A stretch of 62,966 nucleotides of DNA, filler included, from Cercozoa sp. M6MM (GCA_040357565.1; 14 parts of 14 records of this genome joined end to end with filler, not necessarily neighbours in it); one strand, 5' to 3'. Positions 47,557-61,299 are shown, counted from the first letter of the whole stretch. Notes: generated from the sequence alone by a model not told the origin. A program made the numbers and translations.

Positions 47557-47963
47557 ATGCCCCGTAAGGTACCACGACGCTGTTTGGCGTGTTGTGTTGT
47601 TTTTTGTCCCGTGGGTATTTTTCGCGTCATCGCGCGTGGCGACCCGGAGTGCGTTGCTGAGGCGTTTGACGGTGTTTGTGGCCTCTTCAGAGCACACGAA
47701 GCGCCGCGGCTGGCCAGAAGCGCTCCAAGGCCCAGGTATCGCACATTCACTAAACGGGCGATTTTGCTGATTATTGCTGGCGTTATTGCTGGCGATTATT
47801 GCTGGGCGCTTTTTCGATCACACCGGGCACACGGTCACCTGGGCTGCTGCAGGCCGGAGCCGCGCCGAAGCGCCGAAAGACCCAGGCGGCCGAGAAGGTG
47901 ACGGTCGAGGTGACGTCCGACGCGCTGCAGGGCATGCGTGTCGCTCTGTCCGGCAAGGTGAGA

Positions 47964-48032
<69 letters not shown>

Positions 48033-48270
48033 CACGTTCTCTCGATGGCACTGCACTGTATTGTATGATGAACACTGACTGAGTGGTGTGCGCCCCCAGG
48101 TGACGGGCCAGACACAGAAGGCGTTCGAGGCACTCATCAAGAGCGCCGGCGGCACGCTGAGCAAGTCGGTGACCAAGAGCTGCGTCGCTCTGGTGGTGGG
48201 CGCCAAGGGCGACGGCACCACCAAGTTCAGCAAGGCGCAGGAACTCAAGCTGCCGCTCGTCACTCCTGAG
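47557..48270 (+). CDS. BRCT-domain protein, N-terminal part
   Basis: LQGMRVALSGK|VTG..FEALIKSAGGTLSKSVTKSCVALVVG...KFSKAQELKLPLVTPE is a ligase/PARP/RFC-type BRCT pattern. Confidence 0.88.
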
Positions 48271-48429
48271 TACACTCGTGTTGTCTTCAGTCCCCTCCNN
48301 NNNNNNNNNNNNNNNNNNNNNNNNNNNNNNNNNNNNNNNNNNTTAATTAATTAANNNNNNNNNNNNNNNNNNNNNNNNNNNNNNNNNNNNNNNNNNNNAC
48401 ACACACACACACACACACACAGGCAAAGC

Positions 48430-48548
48430 ACCCGTCTTGGCGATGAGGAGCTGCCACTCGCGAGCCAGTCGCTGGCATCGCGCCGCACGCGCAGCCGAGT
48501 GCAGTCGCGTCGTGCCTCTGCATGACATGACATGACATGACATGACAT

Positions 48549-48592
<44 letters not shown>

Positions 48593-49455
48593 ACAGACAC
48601 GGACAAGGGTTGCTCTTGTTGTAATACAGACAAGCCTACCTCGGCAGCAGCGCAAACAGGTGCACCATGCACAGAGGGTCGTCCAGGTCGTTCAGCGCGT
48701 CGGCAAAGCGCGGGTACCGCTCTCGCACCAGGTGATCCACGGCCAGATCCGGACGCGTCTGTGTACACACATACACATACACATAAACAGCGAGTTGTAA
48801 ACCTGCCGATACACTCGGGGAAGCACAGGGCAGCGTACGTGAACCATAGACTGCACGCGCGTGTGATCACCGCGGTGGTAGGCACGCGAGCGCTTCTTAA
48901 GCCACGTCTTCATGTCGCGGAACTTGTGCAGAAGCGGCTCGTGCATCAGGAATTTGATGTCCTGTGTGTACACATACATCTTACACACACATCCACACAT
49001 CCACACATTCACACACATCCACACATCCACACCCACACACCCGCACACACACGCACAAGCACACGCACACGCAAGGCGTACCTTGACATGATAGTACGTC
49101 TTGTCGCGACCCTGACGCTTCTTCCGCGGCTCACGCGGGTAGACACCCTGTTTAAAATAACACATACACCAGCATTCTCAAGGGCTTACCTTGACGTACC
49201 TTAAGAATGCACAGGCGACGGAAATCCTTCAGCGACACCTGTGGAGCACAGAAAAACACATTTCCATTGGGCGGAAATGGAATATTAAACGGACCTGCAG
49301 CGTGCGAATCGCCTTGGCGCGCGTCACATACTGCGTGGCCTCACCCTTGGTGCCCTTCTTGGTCATAGCGGACTCATTGCCGCGCTTGTGCTTCTTCTAT
49401 TCAGACAAAAGACACAAATTACTGTAGACCACATTAAGTTATCTCGCATAACCAT
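48430..49455 (-). CDS. PES1: Pescadillo (PES1/Nop7), N-terminal part
   Basis: [54 protein letters not shown]; [27 protein letters not shown]. Confidence 0.97.
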
Positions 49456-49714
49456 GCTCAAAGTACCGCGCCCATTGTGTTTTGCCGCACGCACAACTGG
49501 GAGAAGTGCTCGCGCTACGCTCAGCACCTGAGTTGCCCGATCAAAAAATTAAACAAAATTCGGCGCTCACCAGAGAATTTTCTGTGTTGGTTGGGCTCAA
49601 AGCGTGTGCAAAGGTGCTCGAATGGACTTACACTAAGATAATTCCTTTGCTGTGTGTGATTGTCTTCTTTGCTCGCAAGAGTATTTTGGTTGTGCGAACT
49701 TCGCCCGTGGGGTG

Positions 49715-50180
49715 ATGTATCGTATCGTGACGACCTCGTCGCGCTTACGAAGGCGACGACATTGGGCCATTGGCAACGTTATTGTACCTTGCTTGTTTGT
49801 ACACGTGATATGGTCTGCACATTGCTTGTCAATGCACAACAACAGGCGCAAGGTGCCTACGGCGTGGTTCGCGAAGCTCGGGATTTGCGCACTGGAGAGC
49901 GGTACAGTCGTCTGTTTCACCGTGGGTAAAAGTACTCCTTTTGATGCCTGCGTAGAGTGGCGGTGAAGATTCTGGATCGACGTCGACTGAGCAAGCTGCG
50001 CGGTGCCACCGACAATCTCGCTCGCGAGGTGCGTGCGTCTGCTGCATGCGTGTGCAAGTGTGTCTGCCATGTGCTTCATGTGCGCAGGTTGACATTGGAC
50101 GCATGCTACGGCACCGCAATATTCTCCGCGTTATCGACAGTTTTGGTCTCGGCAGTAAGCTCTACATCGTTCTTGAATTG
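49715..50180 (+). CDS. Ser/Thr protein kinase (CAMK group, LKB1-like), N-lobe only
   Basis: AQGAYGVV, VAVKILD, NLAREV, LRHRNILRVID, KLYIVLE. Confidence 0.9.
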
Positions 50181-50200
50181 GTACCACGACTGTACTGGGG

Positions 50201-50248
<48 letters not shown>

Positions 50249-50348
50249 NNNNNNNNNNNNNNNNNNNNNNNNNNNNNNNNNNNNNNNNNNNNTTAATTAA
50301 TTAANNNNNNNNNNNNNNNNNNNNNNNNNNNNNNNNNNNNNNNNNNNN

Positions 50349-50670
50349 AAAAAGCCGGTGGTCGCGTTGTCAGTATCAAGTCGGGTACTTTACTCCCTCC
50401 CCCGCGCCCCCTGGCGTTCTGACCCCCCCCCCCCCCCGGACAGGAGGCGACTTCCCGATGCTGTCGCGGCATGAGGAGCTCTCGATGCACCTGCTGGTGC
50501 ACCTGCGACGCGTGCAGCAGCGGTCATCAGAGAGTGCCGAGAGTGCCAGCACTGAGGACACTGAGGACACTGAGAACAATGAGGACACTGAGGACACGCA
50601 CGTGTCGCCTGTGCCGCTGCCTGCCAACGTTAACACTCACTCGCGGGACAAGGAGCTCGCCGATCTGTGA
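50349..50670 (+). CDS. SPG21: Maspardin-like (SPG21) alpha/beta hydrolase, C-terminus
   Basis: IKS|GGDFPMLSRHEELSMHLLVHLRR matches the recalled maspardin C-terminal motif. Followed by an acidic tail. Confidence 0.7.
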
Positions 50671-51200
50671 ACTAACAGTATGGACGGCTACAGCACTGTT
50701 GTGGGTGTACGTACGTAGTTACGCTACTTCAAAACGTATACACGCACACTCCCAAGATTCCTGGGCAACACACTTCAGTTCGGTTGGAACTTCAACTACG
50801 ACAGCTCTGCCCAAATGCCACGCAATGACTGCTATGCCAAAGGCAGGCCCAGGACTCCCTACTGTAAGAGATGCAAACAACGACTCTACAAACGCGAATT
50901 AAACGAGTGCCCTATGAAGTGAGTTCGCTAGGTAATCCAGATACAGTAAATTTACCCTCTCTTCCGCATACTGTGAGCACAATACAGGAGACGTAAATAT
51001 CTTGACAGAGCTATCATACTAACTAAAACTATGGTGCATATGGAAGGCCGGCGTGACGTGAAGGCAGCTCGTAGAGTATTGTCGGCCTAGTGTCAGCTTA
51101 CTGCGGCTCCTGGTACACGAGCTTGTCTACAGAGACACAACAAAACGGGCAGGTATAGTCAATTTAACTTAGATGAAAATACGCGAAGATAGAATACTGT

Positions 51201-51667
51201 TTAATCTGATGATAGAGTATATATACCACGGCAGAAGCAGTCGTAGGCGTTGCACTCGAAGGGCGACGCAACGCCCTGCGTGTTGTCGATGTGATCGGCG
51301 CCGCCACTCTCGATCACGAACTGGAACAGCAGGAAGGACAGCGTGTTGAGGCCGCCCGACTGGCCGTTCTTGCCGTAGATCTGTCCAACACACACATACA
51401 CACACACATACACACACACATACACACACACACACACCATATTGTCTAGTTACTCAGAGAGAGCTTACATCATCGATGAGCAGGCAGATGTCGATGGCCA
51501 GTGCGTTCACTTGCTCTGGCTCGGGTCGGTTGCCTCCCTGTCGCACGCAACCCTCGTGCAGTACCCTCCCTTTTCCTTCCAGGGGTGCTTTCTATATACC
51601 TTCATGCGACGCACAGCGGCGTCAAAGATGTCAGCAGTCTCGCGCTGCTCGGCGTCCAGTGTCTGCG

Positions 51668-51715
<48 letters not shown>

Positions 51716-51818
51716 NNNNNNNNNNNNNNNNNNNNNNNNNNNNNNNNNNNNNNNNNNNNNNNNNNNNNNNNNNNNNNNNNNNNNNNNNNNNNNNNNNNNN
51801 NNNNNNNNNNNNNNNATA

Positions 51819-51881
<63 letters not shown>

Positions 51882-52314
51882 CTCCTACTTTCCTCCTCCT
51901 GGAGCAAGTGTACAGCTTCCTGCTCGGTCAGTCCGGCCTGCTCGCGGCAGCGGCTGTCGCAATCGAGTCGCAGCGATGGCGAGTCAAAGTAGAACTGAAC
52001 TCGCAGTGGATAGGTGCACTCGCATTAAGAGATGCCTGCCAAACGTACCACCAGGCGGCCGCAGCGACCGACTCCCGGACTGTGCAGGTCCACGTGGATC
52101 GTGCTGATGCGCCACCACGGCTATAGAGTACACACACACATGTATATTATATATATGTATTTACGGCATGTCTAGCAGTAGGAGACCAGGAAGGGCAGTC
52201 GTATGCTGCCGAGACTAAACACGCGTTGTTGCACCTCGGCATCGATGGCACGCAGAACCGTGTGCGGTCCGCGCTGACCGGCGATCCACACGGTGCGCTG
52301 CAGGGGACTGTGCA

Positions 52315-52401
<87 letters not shown>

Positions 52402-52855
52402 ACCCCAGTATACTGTAGTATAAATAGTTGAAGGCAAGTCTACTGATAGGCATTAAAGACGCGGTGCAGTGCCGGCACAATCTCTGGCTGGAAGGGCGAG
52501 TTGATCGTGCCACTCAGCGTGTAGGCCGGTCCACCGTAGAGGTGGATGGTGTCGGACAGGTGACTCGGCACCCAGGCCACGCCGCGATGATCGACAGTGA
52601 GATCGTTGCCGCCGTCGACGTCGCGGTTGTTGAGACCCGGCTGGAGGATCGAACACACACAATATACATATATATATATATATATATATGTATATGCACT
52701 GTTTATACTACATACATATTTGTAAATTAATGTATCTAGTATAGACAGTGACACCTGCACGAGCTTGTCGTAGCGCGCGTTGTTGCGACCGACGAGTTCG
52801 AGTTCGACCAGTGTGCGCACACTCGCACTGTGGGTAACAAAGGCGAGGTCACACA

Positions 52856-52894
<39 letters not shown>

Positions 52895-52904
52895 NNNNNN
52901 NNNN

Positions 52905-52952
<48 letters not shown>

Positions 52953-55468
52953 CAGTACTGTCAGTGGTGCAGTACTAGACCCTCGGGTACCATCTTGGGA
53001 TGGAAGGCAGTGCGCACAAAAAAGAACGGGTCGACAAAGTCGCTCGCGAACGGTGCGTTGAAGGTCGTTAGCACATTCGAGTAGTCTGGGAAGTCGCGCA
53101 CCTCCACCTGTCATACAAGACCTCAGATAAAGGTAGGCGGGGGGGGGGGATGGAATCAGTTGGAAGGTTCAGTCCAGGAATCCAAAGGTCACAGTACGCG
53201 ATTGTTCATGGCAACCCAGACGCGTCCGAAGTGGTCGGCTGCCAGGTCCTTGGCCGAGGGCGACAGCTGCTGCGCCTGGTTGGGCGCTGTGTCCAAAGGC
53301 CCCAGAATTGGCACGTCGGCGGCATTGTTGTTGTCGGTCTGTGCGCATACATACATGCACATGCACCGCTTATCAGACATGATTGATGTACGTCGATCTG
53401 CTCCAGTGTGGTCAGGAAGCGTGCACCAAATGGTACTATCCCAGTCAGCCCAAATAAACTGCAGAAAGGTTGAGAAGGATCTCTACATGAAACATACAAC
53501 GACGACAGGGAGTGGCAATCGTGAGGAAGCGATTGGCGGCACAGGACCAGGTCAGGCCCAGCAGCAAGGGCACGCGTCGCACAAGGTCCTCATCCTGCGA
53601 GTCCGACTCCTCGCCTCTGCGCACAGTGAGTGCAAGTGCATGCACGGTAGGTGGAGGGTGCACAGATCGAGTACCCGCCATTCGTGGCCGTTTCGAACTC
53701 TGCTTTTAGTTGGACAAGTCAATCTTGAGTAAACACTTGTATTGTGCCGGGAGTGAGAGTAAACCTACGACCGGGCAGTCCAACGCCCTGGTCGATAAAC
53801 TGACTGGTGGCCTGCAGTGCCTGCATGGCGGCAATGTACTGTTCCGACGACACGTTGAACACCTTGGATGCCTGATGCAAGCACTCGGCTAGTACAGTAC
53901 ATGTATGGTATCCAAGGCATGGGATCGATACAGCAGGAGGGTCCTCCTGAGGCATGCCGTCGTTCTCGGCTTCTGCCAACAGCACGGCAACGTCGCGCAC
54001 CAGGTCCTGGTTCTCAGCGAGGTTGCCGCCCTTGATGCCTGAGGTGCACGACCAGGTATTCAACCGGGGAAAAGATACCCCTGTACAGTATCAGTATCTC
54101 CGGAATACTACTAACTGTACCCCCATCCAACAGCGAGCAGTATCGGTTGTCAGGACCACCGACGAGATTGTCGGGGTCATACACGGCTGGCAGAAGAGCG
54201 GGGAACTCTTCCGAAACCTCATCGGGCGGAATCGGTCTGTCCAAATCAGTCAGTCAGTCAGTCAGTTCACTCAGGCTTTGACTGGCAGAGAGACTCACCC
54301 CGGCGACGGAGTGTCCAGGAAGCGGAAGGCCATGAGACGGTTCGGGAACGCGAGCGAGAAGATGCCCAGGAAGAACTGCGGCAACGCCACACAGGCACCG
54401 CCCACGCAGAAGGGCTGCTTGGCCTTGAGGTTGCCGGCTCGCAGATCGGGCAGAGGCACCTCACACGCCTCGAAAGGCTCCATCACGTCGTTGCCGCAGA
54501 TGGCGCTTGGTCCATTTGGTGTTGTCTGTTCACCGTATATACGACTCCCAGTTCTGCGAGTGGATACAGCAACTTACAAAGTCCGAGGGTGCCACACAGG
54601 TGAGTGTGCTCGTCGTCGTTGCTGTTGCCGTCGCAGTGCCTGGAACAGGCGCATACAGCATATCACGAGTACTTCTACAGTATCAAAGCATCAATCCTTA
54701 ATATATATATATACTTGTGGGAGTCGGCGTTCCGGTGGCAGTGGAAGTCGGCGTTCCTGTGGCAGTGGTAGTCGGCGTTCCGGTGGGAGTAATAGTCGGC
54801 GTTCCGGTGGCAGTGGAAGTAGGCGTTCCGGTGGCAGTAGAAGTCGGCGTTCCTGTAACAGTTAAAGTCGGCGTGCCCGTCGGTGTCGCTACAGGTCACA
54901 GCACGAAACTGCACTGAACACTGCACGAACCTGTCCCGTAAAATCATACCCGTGCCAGAAGGCGACTGGGTCGCCGTGGACGTTGGTGTCGGACTCGGGG
55001 TCGGAATCGGGGGCGGAGGTACCTGTAATGCACTCTATTCGTCCCAAGGCACAACAAAGCACACTGGCACAATGAAGGAGAGTAGATTACGGGTGGGGGA
55101 GCAACTGGTGCAGGAGGCGGTGGCAGGTCTGGGGTGGGTGCAGGAGGACTCGGCGAGTCCTTAAGACCCAGGCCGAGTCCAAGTCCCAGTCCGAGACCAA
55201 GCAGGAGCAACAGACACAGTGCAGTCAGTCCGCCGATCGCGTGGTTCTTCTTGTTGGCACACGAGTAGTCGCTCGCATCGCAGCTGCTCTCGCAGCTGGC
55301 ACCAGCATTTCCGAAGTGCGCAGGAGGCCCGCGGAACGGCACTTGCGGGGGCTACAGTAAATCAACAGATCTCTTCAGTTTTATAGACGAAGGCAATACA
55401 GCTTGCTGAATTCCATAGCTCGGCGATCGCGGAGGCGTCGGAAAACGAGGAGCTGGCCCTCCGTACAT
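51201..55468 (-). CDS. Large type II membrane protein: TM, Pro/Thr stalk, Cys-rich repeat, beta-propeller-like ectodomain
   Basis: TM (LCLLLLLGLGLGLGLG); (TPTSTATG)n; ICGNDVMEPFEACE; propeller-like blades DLAADHFGRVWVA and DLTVDHRGVAWV. Many introns; 3' end approximate. Confidence 0.65.
54715..54885 (-). repeat. 24-bp coding tandem repeat (GTPTSTAT-like) x~6-7
   Basis: Unit agtcggcgttccggtggcagtgga is visible on the + strand. Confidence 0.85.
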
Positions 55469-56351
55469 CGAAGAAGGGGAGCCCTAAAACTCTAAAACTC
55501 GTGCCGCTGACAGTCGCGATTGCTATGTGCAACAAAGCAAATCAGCATTGAGATTGCTAATATGTCCGTATCTAAGATACAACCAGCATTCGAGGAAGTG
55601 CTTACCAACTGGCGACTCGCAGATTGTGACTTGTGACTGTGCTACTTGCACTTTCACAGGGAGTGAATACACTACAGCGGAGATTGAAGTTGCGCAAACT
55701 AACTTTCGGATTTTTGTGCGCAAGTTGCGGTCAAGCCTGATTGCCACGTCATGCGACTTTCCTTTCATGTTGTGCCATGACTAAAAAAGCTCGATATGCT
55801 GTCACTGCTGTTTCAGAAGCCGGTAGCTCTGTGTAAAGTCGCCTCGAAAGTCTGTGTGGGTAGTCTGAGCCCCACGGCTGAAAGTACTGGACTGTATTCC
55901 ATGTGCGATCGCGGGGCTGCTGATGCAGCATTGTGCCACCATGACTGTGCTGTACATGACTGTGCTGTACCCCCTACTGTCCCGGTGACGGCTGCCGTGA
56001 GTACTAGTAGCCACGAGTGCAGTGTTCTTTACCAGCCTTGAAGAAGATGTCCTGGAGAACTTTAAAAAGGGAGTTGGACCGCAACGTAGTTGGACTGAAG
56101 TACTGTTCGATTGTGTACTGCAGACTACAGACGGTACGTATACAGTCTACATGCGATGATACAATACAGTGCGGTATTGTACTACAGTACAATAAGTAGT
56201 ATACTCAGTACATGTACAGTACTGTCAACCATTGGTGGTGTAAAAATACACCGGGCCAGGTCGTACTCGCAAACAAAGTGTGCAGACGGTTTGGTAAAAC
56301 CACAGGTTCGACTGCCGGCCAGTGAGAAACACCGGGGCAAATGTCGCAGAG

Positions 56352-56780
56352 TCAGCGACGACGATGGAAGTGTCGGTGAGGCGAGCCGCATCGAGCTTCC
56401 AGAGCGCACGGCTGCGCACTGCTGGCGCGAACGGCAATGGCATGCTGCAGGCGCAGTTCGAGCAGCTGACGGAAGATCTGGCGTGCGCGGCAGGCGATGC
56501 GCACCACCCTCGCCTGACGTTCGAGCTCGCGTGCTTGGAGTCGCTCGCGCTCGAGTTGCTCCTGTCGCTCACGCACGACAGCAGCAGCTTCGGCGGCGAC
56601 TTTTCGCAGCTGGAGTCGCTGCTGCTGCCGCCGGCGCTGCCAGCACACGCGGAAGGAAGCACCTCGCTCTTGCTGGCGTTGCAGCTGCAGACGCCAGCAC
56701 TCGCGAGCGGCCGCATCGCTGTTCAGCAACAGCAGCAGGTGCTGCTCACGCTCACTTGGCGGCGTTTCAAGCTTCGGCAC
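56352..56780 (-). CDS. Hypothetical coiled-coil protein (frame and strand uncertain)
   Basis: R/Q/E-rich ORF in a GC-rich island; overlapping ORFs exist on the opposite strand. Confidence 0.35.
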   Translation of the reverse strand: MPKLETPPSEREQHLLLLLNSDAAARECWRLQLQRQQERGASFRVCWQRRRQQQRLQLRKVAAEAAAVVRERQEQLERERLQARELERQARVVRIACRARQIFRQLLELRLQHAIAVRASSAQPCALEARCGSPHRHFHRRR

Positions 56781-57780
56781 GGCCGATTCCGCGTTGCGGG
56801 GTGCATCAAGGCACCCAAAGAACTTGCGCAGGAAATTCTGCGCACAAATGGCACAAACCCATTGTCATTATCTGAAAAATGCACAAAAGACAGAAAACGA
56901 CACGACAAAAGAAAAAGTAAAAACACACAAAGCAGCCCCGAAAACCACCCCCCACAGTGTTCCAACGTGCCGAACAACAGTCTTGCGCAGTATTGCGCAG
57001 GGACACTGAAACGCACCATTTCCGGAGGCGCAAAAAAGCGTTGTCTTAGTGCACAATGCACTCAGGTCGTTCTGTAGTCACTAGTTTCACAAGTTTCTAA
57101 CTCACACAATGCGTGGTGAGAGAGCAGTGCATTTTTTGTAACATCACGCATTCGGCACTCATGTGGCTACCACAGAGACCATGTGGCATTCCGACGTGTG
57201 CCAGAGTGTCGCAGCACTACCTCGGCCACTCTACACACGCCAACCCGAAATGCCCAGAGCCAGGGCCCAGAGCCCAAAAGTGCTTAGATTAGATTTGGGG
57301 CATGTGCAAGGGAGACTCAGAACTGCAGAAAGCCCGTTGCACACCTTCCGACACGCTCTCGTGCTGCAACAAAATTGCTTTGCAAAACAAAAACAGTCAC
57401 TTGACGCGCGTTTCTCCACACACAGCATGGATGACTAGTGACGCTTCTAGCATCAGTAGCATCTAAACAACATTTTCCGCCCATTAGATTGAGCCAAACC
57501 TCTAATTGCGCTACTGTACAAGTACACGGGGAGGGGGTGCGCTGGTACTGCTTCTGTGCACTGAACAGCGTGCTCAGGCATGTGCTAGGTGTGCGCAATG
57601 AGAATATTTAAGCGAAATAGACTCTAATAAACTACTTTGAGGTCTATCAAGTTTAGTTATTTTTTCAGTTGATATTTTCAGCGTACAGTAGACTCGATTG
57701 GCTCCAGTTTTATCGGCTCTATTTTACACTATTTTTCGTCAGGGAGGTTGCCTCAGTGGCCGACTACGCTACTGACGAAA

Positions 57781-58392
57781 CTAGAAATAGTCCTTCTCCC
57801 ACGGCGCTCGATTGTGCTCCTCGTTACTCGTACTGCGCGCGGCAGGCACACCGTCGTGGTCGACATGTACAGGCCGCGGTTGCTGGCGTTCCGGCAGCGA
57901 CGACGAGAAAGGCGAGGACGACGACGAGTGCTGTTGCTGTTGGGGTTGTTGTCGAGGTTGCTGCTGGGCTTGCTGTTGGGGCTGTTGCCCTTGCTGGTGC
58001 TGCTGGTAATGCTGCTGGTGTGACTGGTGTGAATGGTACTGGTACTGCTGCGTGTACTGTGTGGGTTGCGTAGCTTGCATGTACTGCGTGGGTTGCGCGT
58101 ACTGCGAGTGCTGCTGCGACGGTGCGAACGGTGACTGTGCATGTGCATGTGCATGTGCATGTGCATGTGCATGTGGGTAAGTCTGCTGCGGCACGTCGAC
58201 CGACGACGATGAACTCAGCACCAGAGCGTCATTGCCCTGCTGCAGCGAGTACTCGATGCGCGACAGCACTACACGTACACATATACACCCACCCACTATA
58301 TATACTATATATACATATATATTTATACATATACATATATATACGCATATACATCTATACATATATAGATATACATATATTTATATATTTAT

Positions 58393-58430
<38 letters not shown>

Positions 58431-59575
58431 CTGTACCACCAGGGTGCACAAGGCTCACTTCGAACACTGCGTCCTTGTTGAGACACTCCAACATCTGCTG
58501 TCGTACCGTCGGGGCTGCAATGTATAAATCTATACATTCATACATTCAGATACAAGATACATATATGTCCATATATACTTATATATCTATAAATGTCTTC
58601 AGGCAGGGGATAAAAGTACAGCAAAGTCGCTGCCGCAGCGAGTGCGCCTCTGTTGGTGTCGCGCACTGCAACAACAGCGCCGTCGAGTGCGACGACGGCA
58701 CCTCCAGACACTCTACACACACATTATATATATATATATGTATCTATACATGTATATATATATATCTATGTATATATATATATATATGTATATTAACACA
58801 CACACACACACATATAAACACACACACAAAGAGGCAGACAGGAAGGGTATACCCAGACGAACGAGCTCCTGCCGCGTGGCACCCAGACTGTGCAGCAGGT
58901 TGCGCAGGTAGCACAACTCCAGGTTCGGCAGCAGCGAGATCGCGACGCACTACACGGGAGCACGGAGATTAAGGGGGTTAAGGGGGTTAAGAAGATGAAG
59001 GGAGTTAAGGGGGACAGCGTACCGAGGACGGCAGGTCCGCGCGGAAGACCTGCGCACGTGTGACCGGACGGTGCAGCAGCAGCGTCAGCGCACACAGCGG
59101 TTCGTTGTCGCAGAAGGGAACTGCGCCTGCTGTAGCCAGTCCCGTTGTAGCCAGTCCCGTTGTAGCCAGTCCCGTTGTAGCCAGTCCCGTTGTAGCCACC
59201 TGGGCGGTCTCTCCTGTCGTCATGGCCGACGAGAAACGTACGCGCGGATGGACGCACTGCACGTCGCGCACCAGCAGCGACGCGATGCTCAGTGCCTGTT
59301 CATGTGGCCACTTGAGCCTTTACCCCCCTGTTTACCCCCCTGTTTACCCCCCCCCTGTATCCCACAGAGAGTCTATACAGTAGAGGCGTCCTTCACAGTG
59401 ATGACCATGCAGTCGACAATGCGATGTTCCGTCGCACTGACCAGGGGGTAGGGGCAGGAGGGTAGGGGTAGGGGGCTAGGTACCGCACACGCAGTGCCTG
59501 CGACTCCAGAATGACGACGCCCATATCGACCAGTTGCGCCTGCACCTGCGTCAGGTCCTGACTCAAGTCCAGTGC
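57781..59575 (-). CDS. 3' part of a hypothetical multi-exon protein with Gln/His/Tyr-rich tail
   Basis: GT-AG introns with TA, TC and CCCTTA tracts. Last exon contains (HA)n, QQPQQQ and ends ...PWEKDYF*. Confidence 0.6.
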
Positions 59576-59871
59576 TGTGGTACACATACACATGGGGGGT
59601 AGGGGGTATAGGCGGGTACAGGGGTATGAGATAGGAATATAGACAGGTATAGGGGACAGGGTATAGGGGTATAGACAGGGTATACCACTATAGCCTGCGA
59701 TGTACCGTCGCGCTGATGGGCGGGTTGGGGGTGGCGGGCCGGCGTCGGGGGCTAGGTACCGCACACGCAGTNNNNNNNNNNNNNNNNNNNNNNNNNNNNN
59801 NNNNNNNNNNNNNNNTTAATTAATTAANNNNNNNNNNNNNNNNNNNNNNNNNNNNNNNNNNNNNNNNNNNN

Positions 59872-61036
59872 GTGCAAGCCTTCGTGAAGCACGCGGTGTG
59901 GCTCAAGCAGTCCTGCGAGCGTTTTGCTCGCAACGAGCAGCCTGAGCCGGAGCCTGAGTCTGAGCCGGAGCCTGAGCCCAAGTCTGAGCCGACGTCTGAG
60001 CCCGTTGCTGTAGCCATTGCGCACCCTTAACAAACACACAGTGCTCTTTGGTATGCCTCCTGGTGTGTAGCCATCGCCGCGCAAGCGAACGCGCGCCCAG
60101 ACCTCGTCCGACCACGAGGAGAGCCAGCAGCTGAGCCAGCAGCAGCTGAGCCAGGAGGACACTGACGGTGACACCGACGGTAACGCTGACGGTGACGACT
60201 CAGAGGAACCGGCCGCCAAGAGACGCCGCAAACTGGCCCGTCCCGAGCTTTAGTTACGTTCTCTCCCCTACTGAGCCTAGTTTACTGCCAATCGAGTGGA
60301 ATCACTGCGCATTTGCTCTGCCTGCACCCTCTTTCCTATTCTTTAATAATCACACACCTTAGGAGCTCCGACCTGGGGGATCATGATCGATTTGCTACCC
60401 CACGGCCATACTGACTCTGACTGCGCCCGCCATTCGGCCAACGAGGTATCAACATTCCTCAACTGGCAGATCTTAGCGCAAACGATGTCCGCGTGTTTTT
60501 TGCTTCTTTCTTCAGTCCGAGCTCGGCGTTGCCTCGGGCACCCGCGACATCGTTCGCGGGATAATTCAGCGTCGGCTGCGCTTTGCGACGGATGACGCTC
60601 GTGCGCGACTACGTGGAGGACGCGGCCGCTGAGTTCGAGCAATCTCGCGTCCCGAGCGTACGAGGCCGAGCGATACGCCGCGCGACCAGATCACTCAAGT
60701 ATGTTTCTGTCTGCTGTCACCAGCGCCAAAATCGAAGCGTTGGCGTCATCGCAGACTCGCCGAGACCGAGACGCGTACAAGAGTGTGTCGCAGCTGCGCC
60801 GCCTGCTCCATGCCCTGCGTGTCTACGTGCTGGACAAGCAACTGCAAACTGCGTGTCCTCAGCACAAGTGAGCTGGGTTTGACTACTTTTACAGAGTCTG
60901 TATTTCTGCTCACTGGGAGTGTGCGCGTAGAAGAAAGCACGCAAGGGTCGTTGCAGTATCACCACTGCAAAATCGACGTGTCGGACAAGGAGGATGTCGG
61001 CGAGAAGCGCCGCGCTGTCCTGTCTCAGTTTTCTGA
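59872..61036 (+). CDS. 3' part of a hypothetical protein with (EP)n acidic region and NLS-like PAAKRRRK
   Basis: Open GC-rich exons separated by GT-AG introns. Confidence 0.55.
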
Positions 61037-61299
61037 CCGTGAGTTTCAGTTTTAACCATCGCCATTGACTGGAGTTCGAAGTCACAAGCGCCGTGTTGCA
61101 GAAACAGACATTCTTAAGTTCAACCAATTGAACAACTCGAAGCCGAGACTAAACTTAATGTGTATAGTACTAGAGAGTGGAACTGAGCATAGTAGTAGCG
61201 CACCGCTTGCAATTGAGTTTGAGCTTTGGTGCTTTATCTGAAGTCGCATTTGAGAGACTGCAGTAAGTTTAGCTGGAGTCCATTTAATACAGCCGAGTA

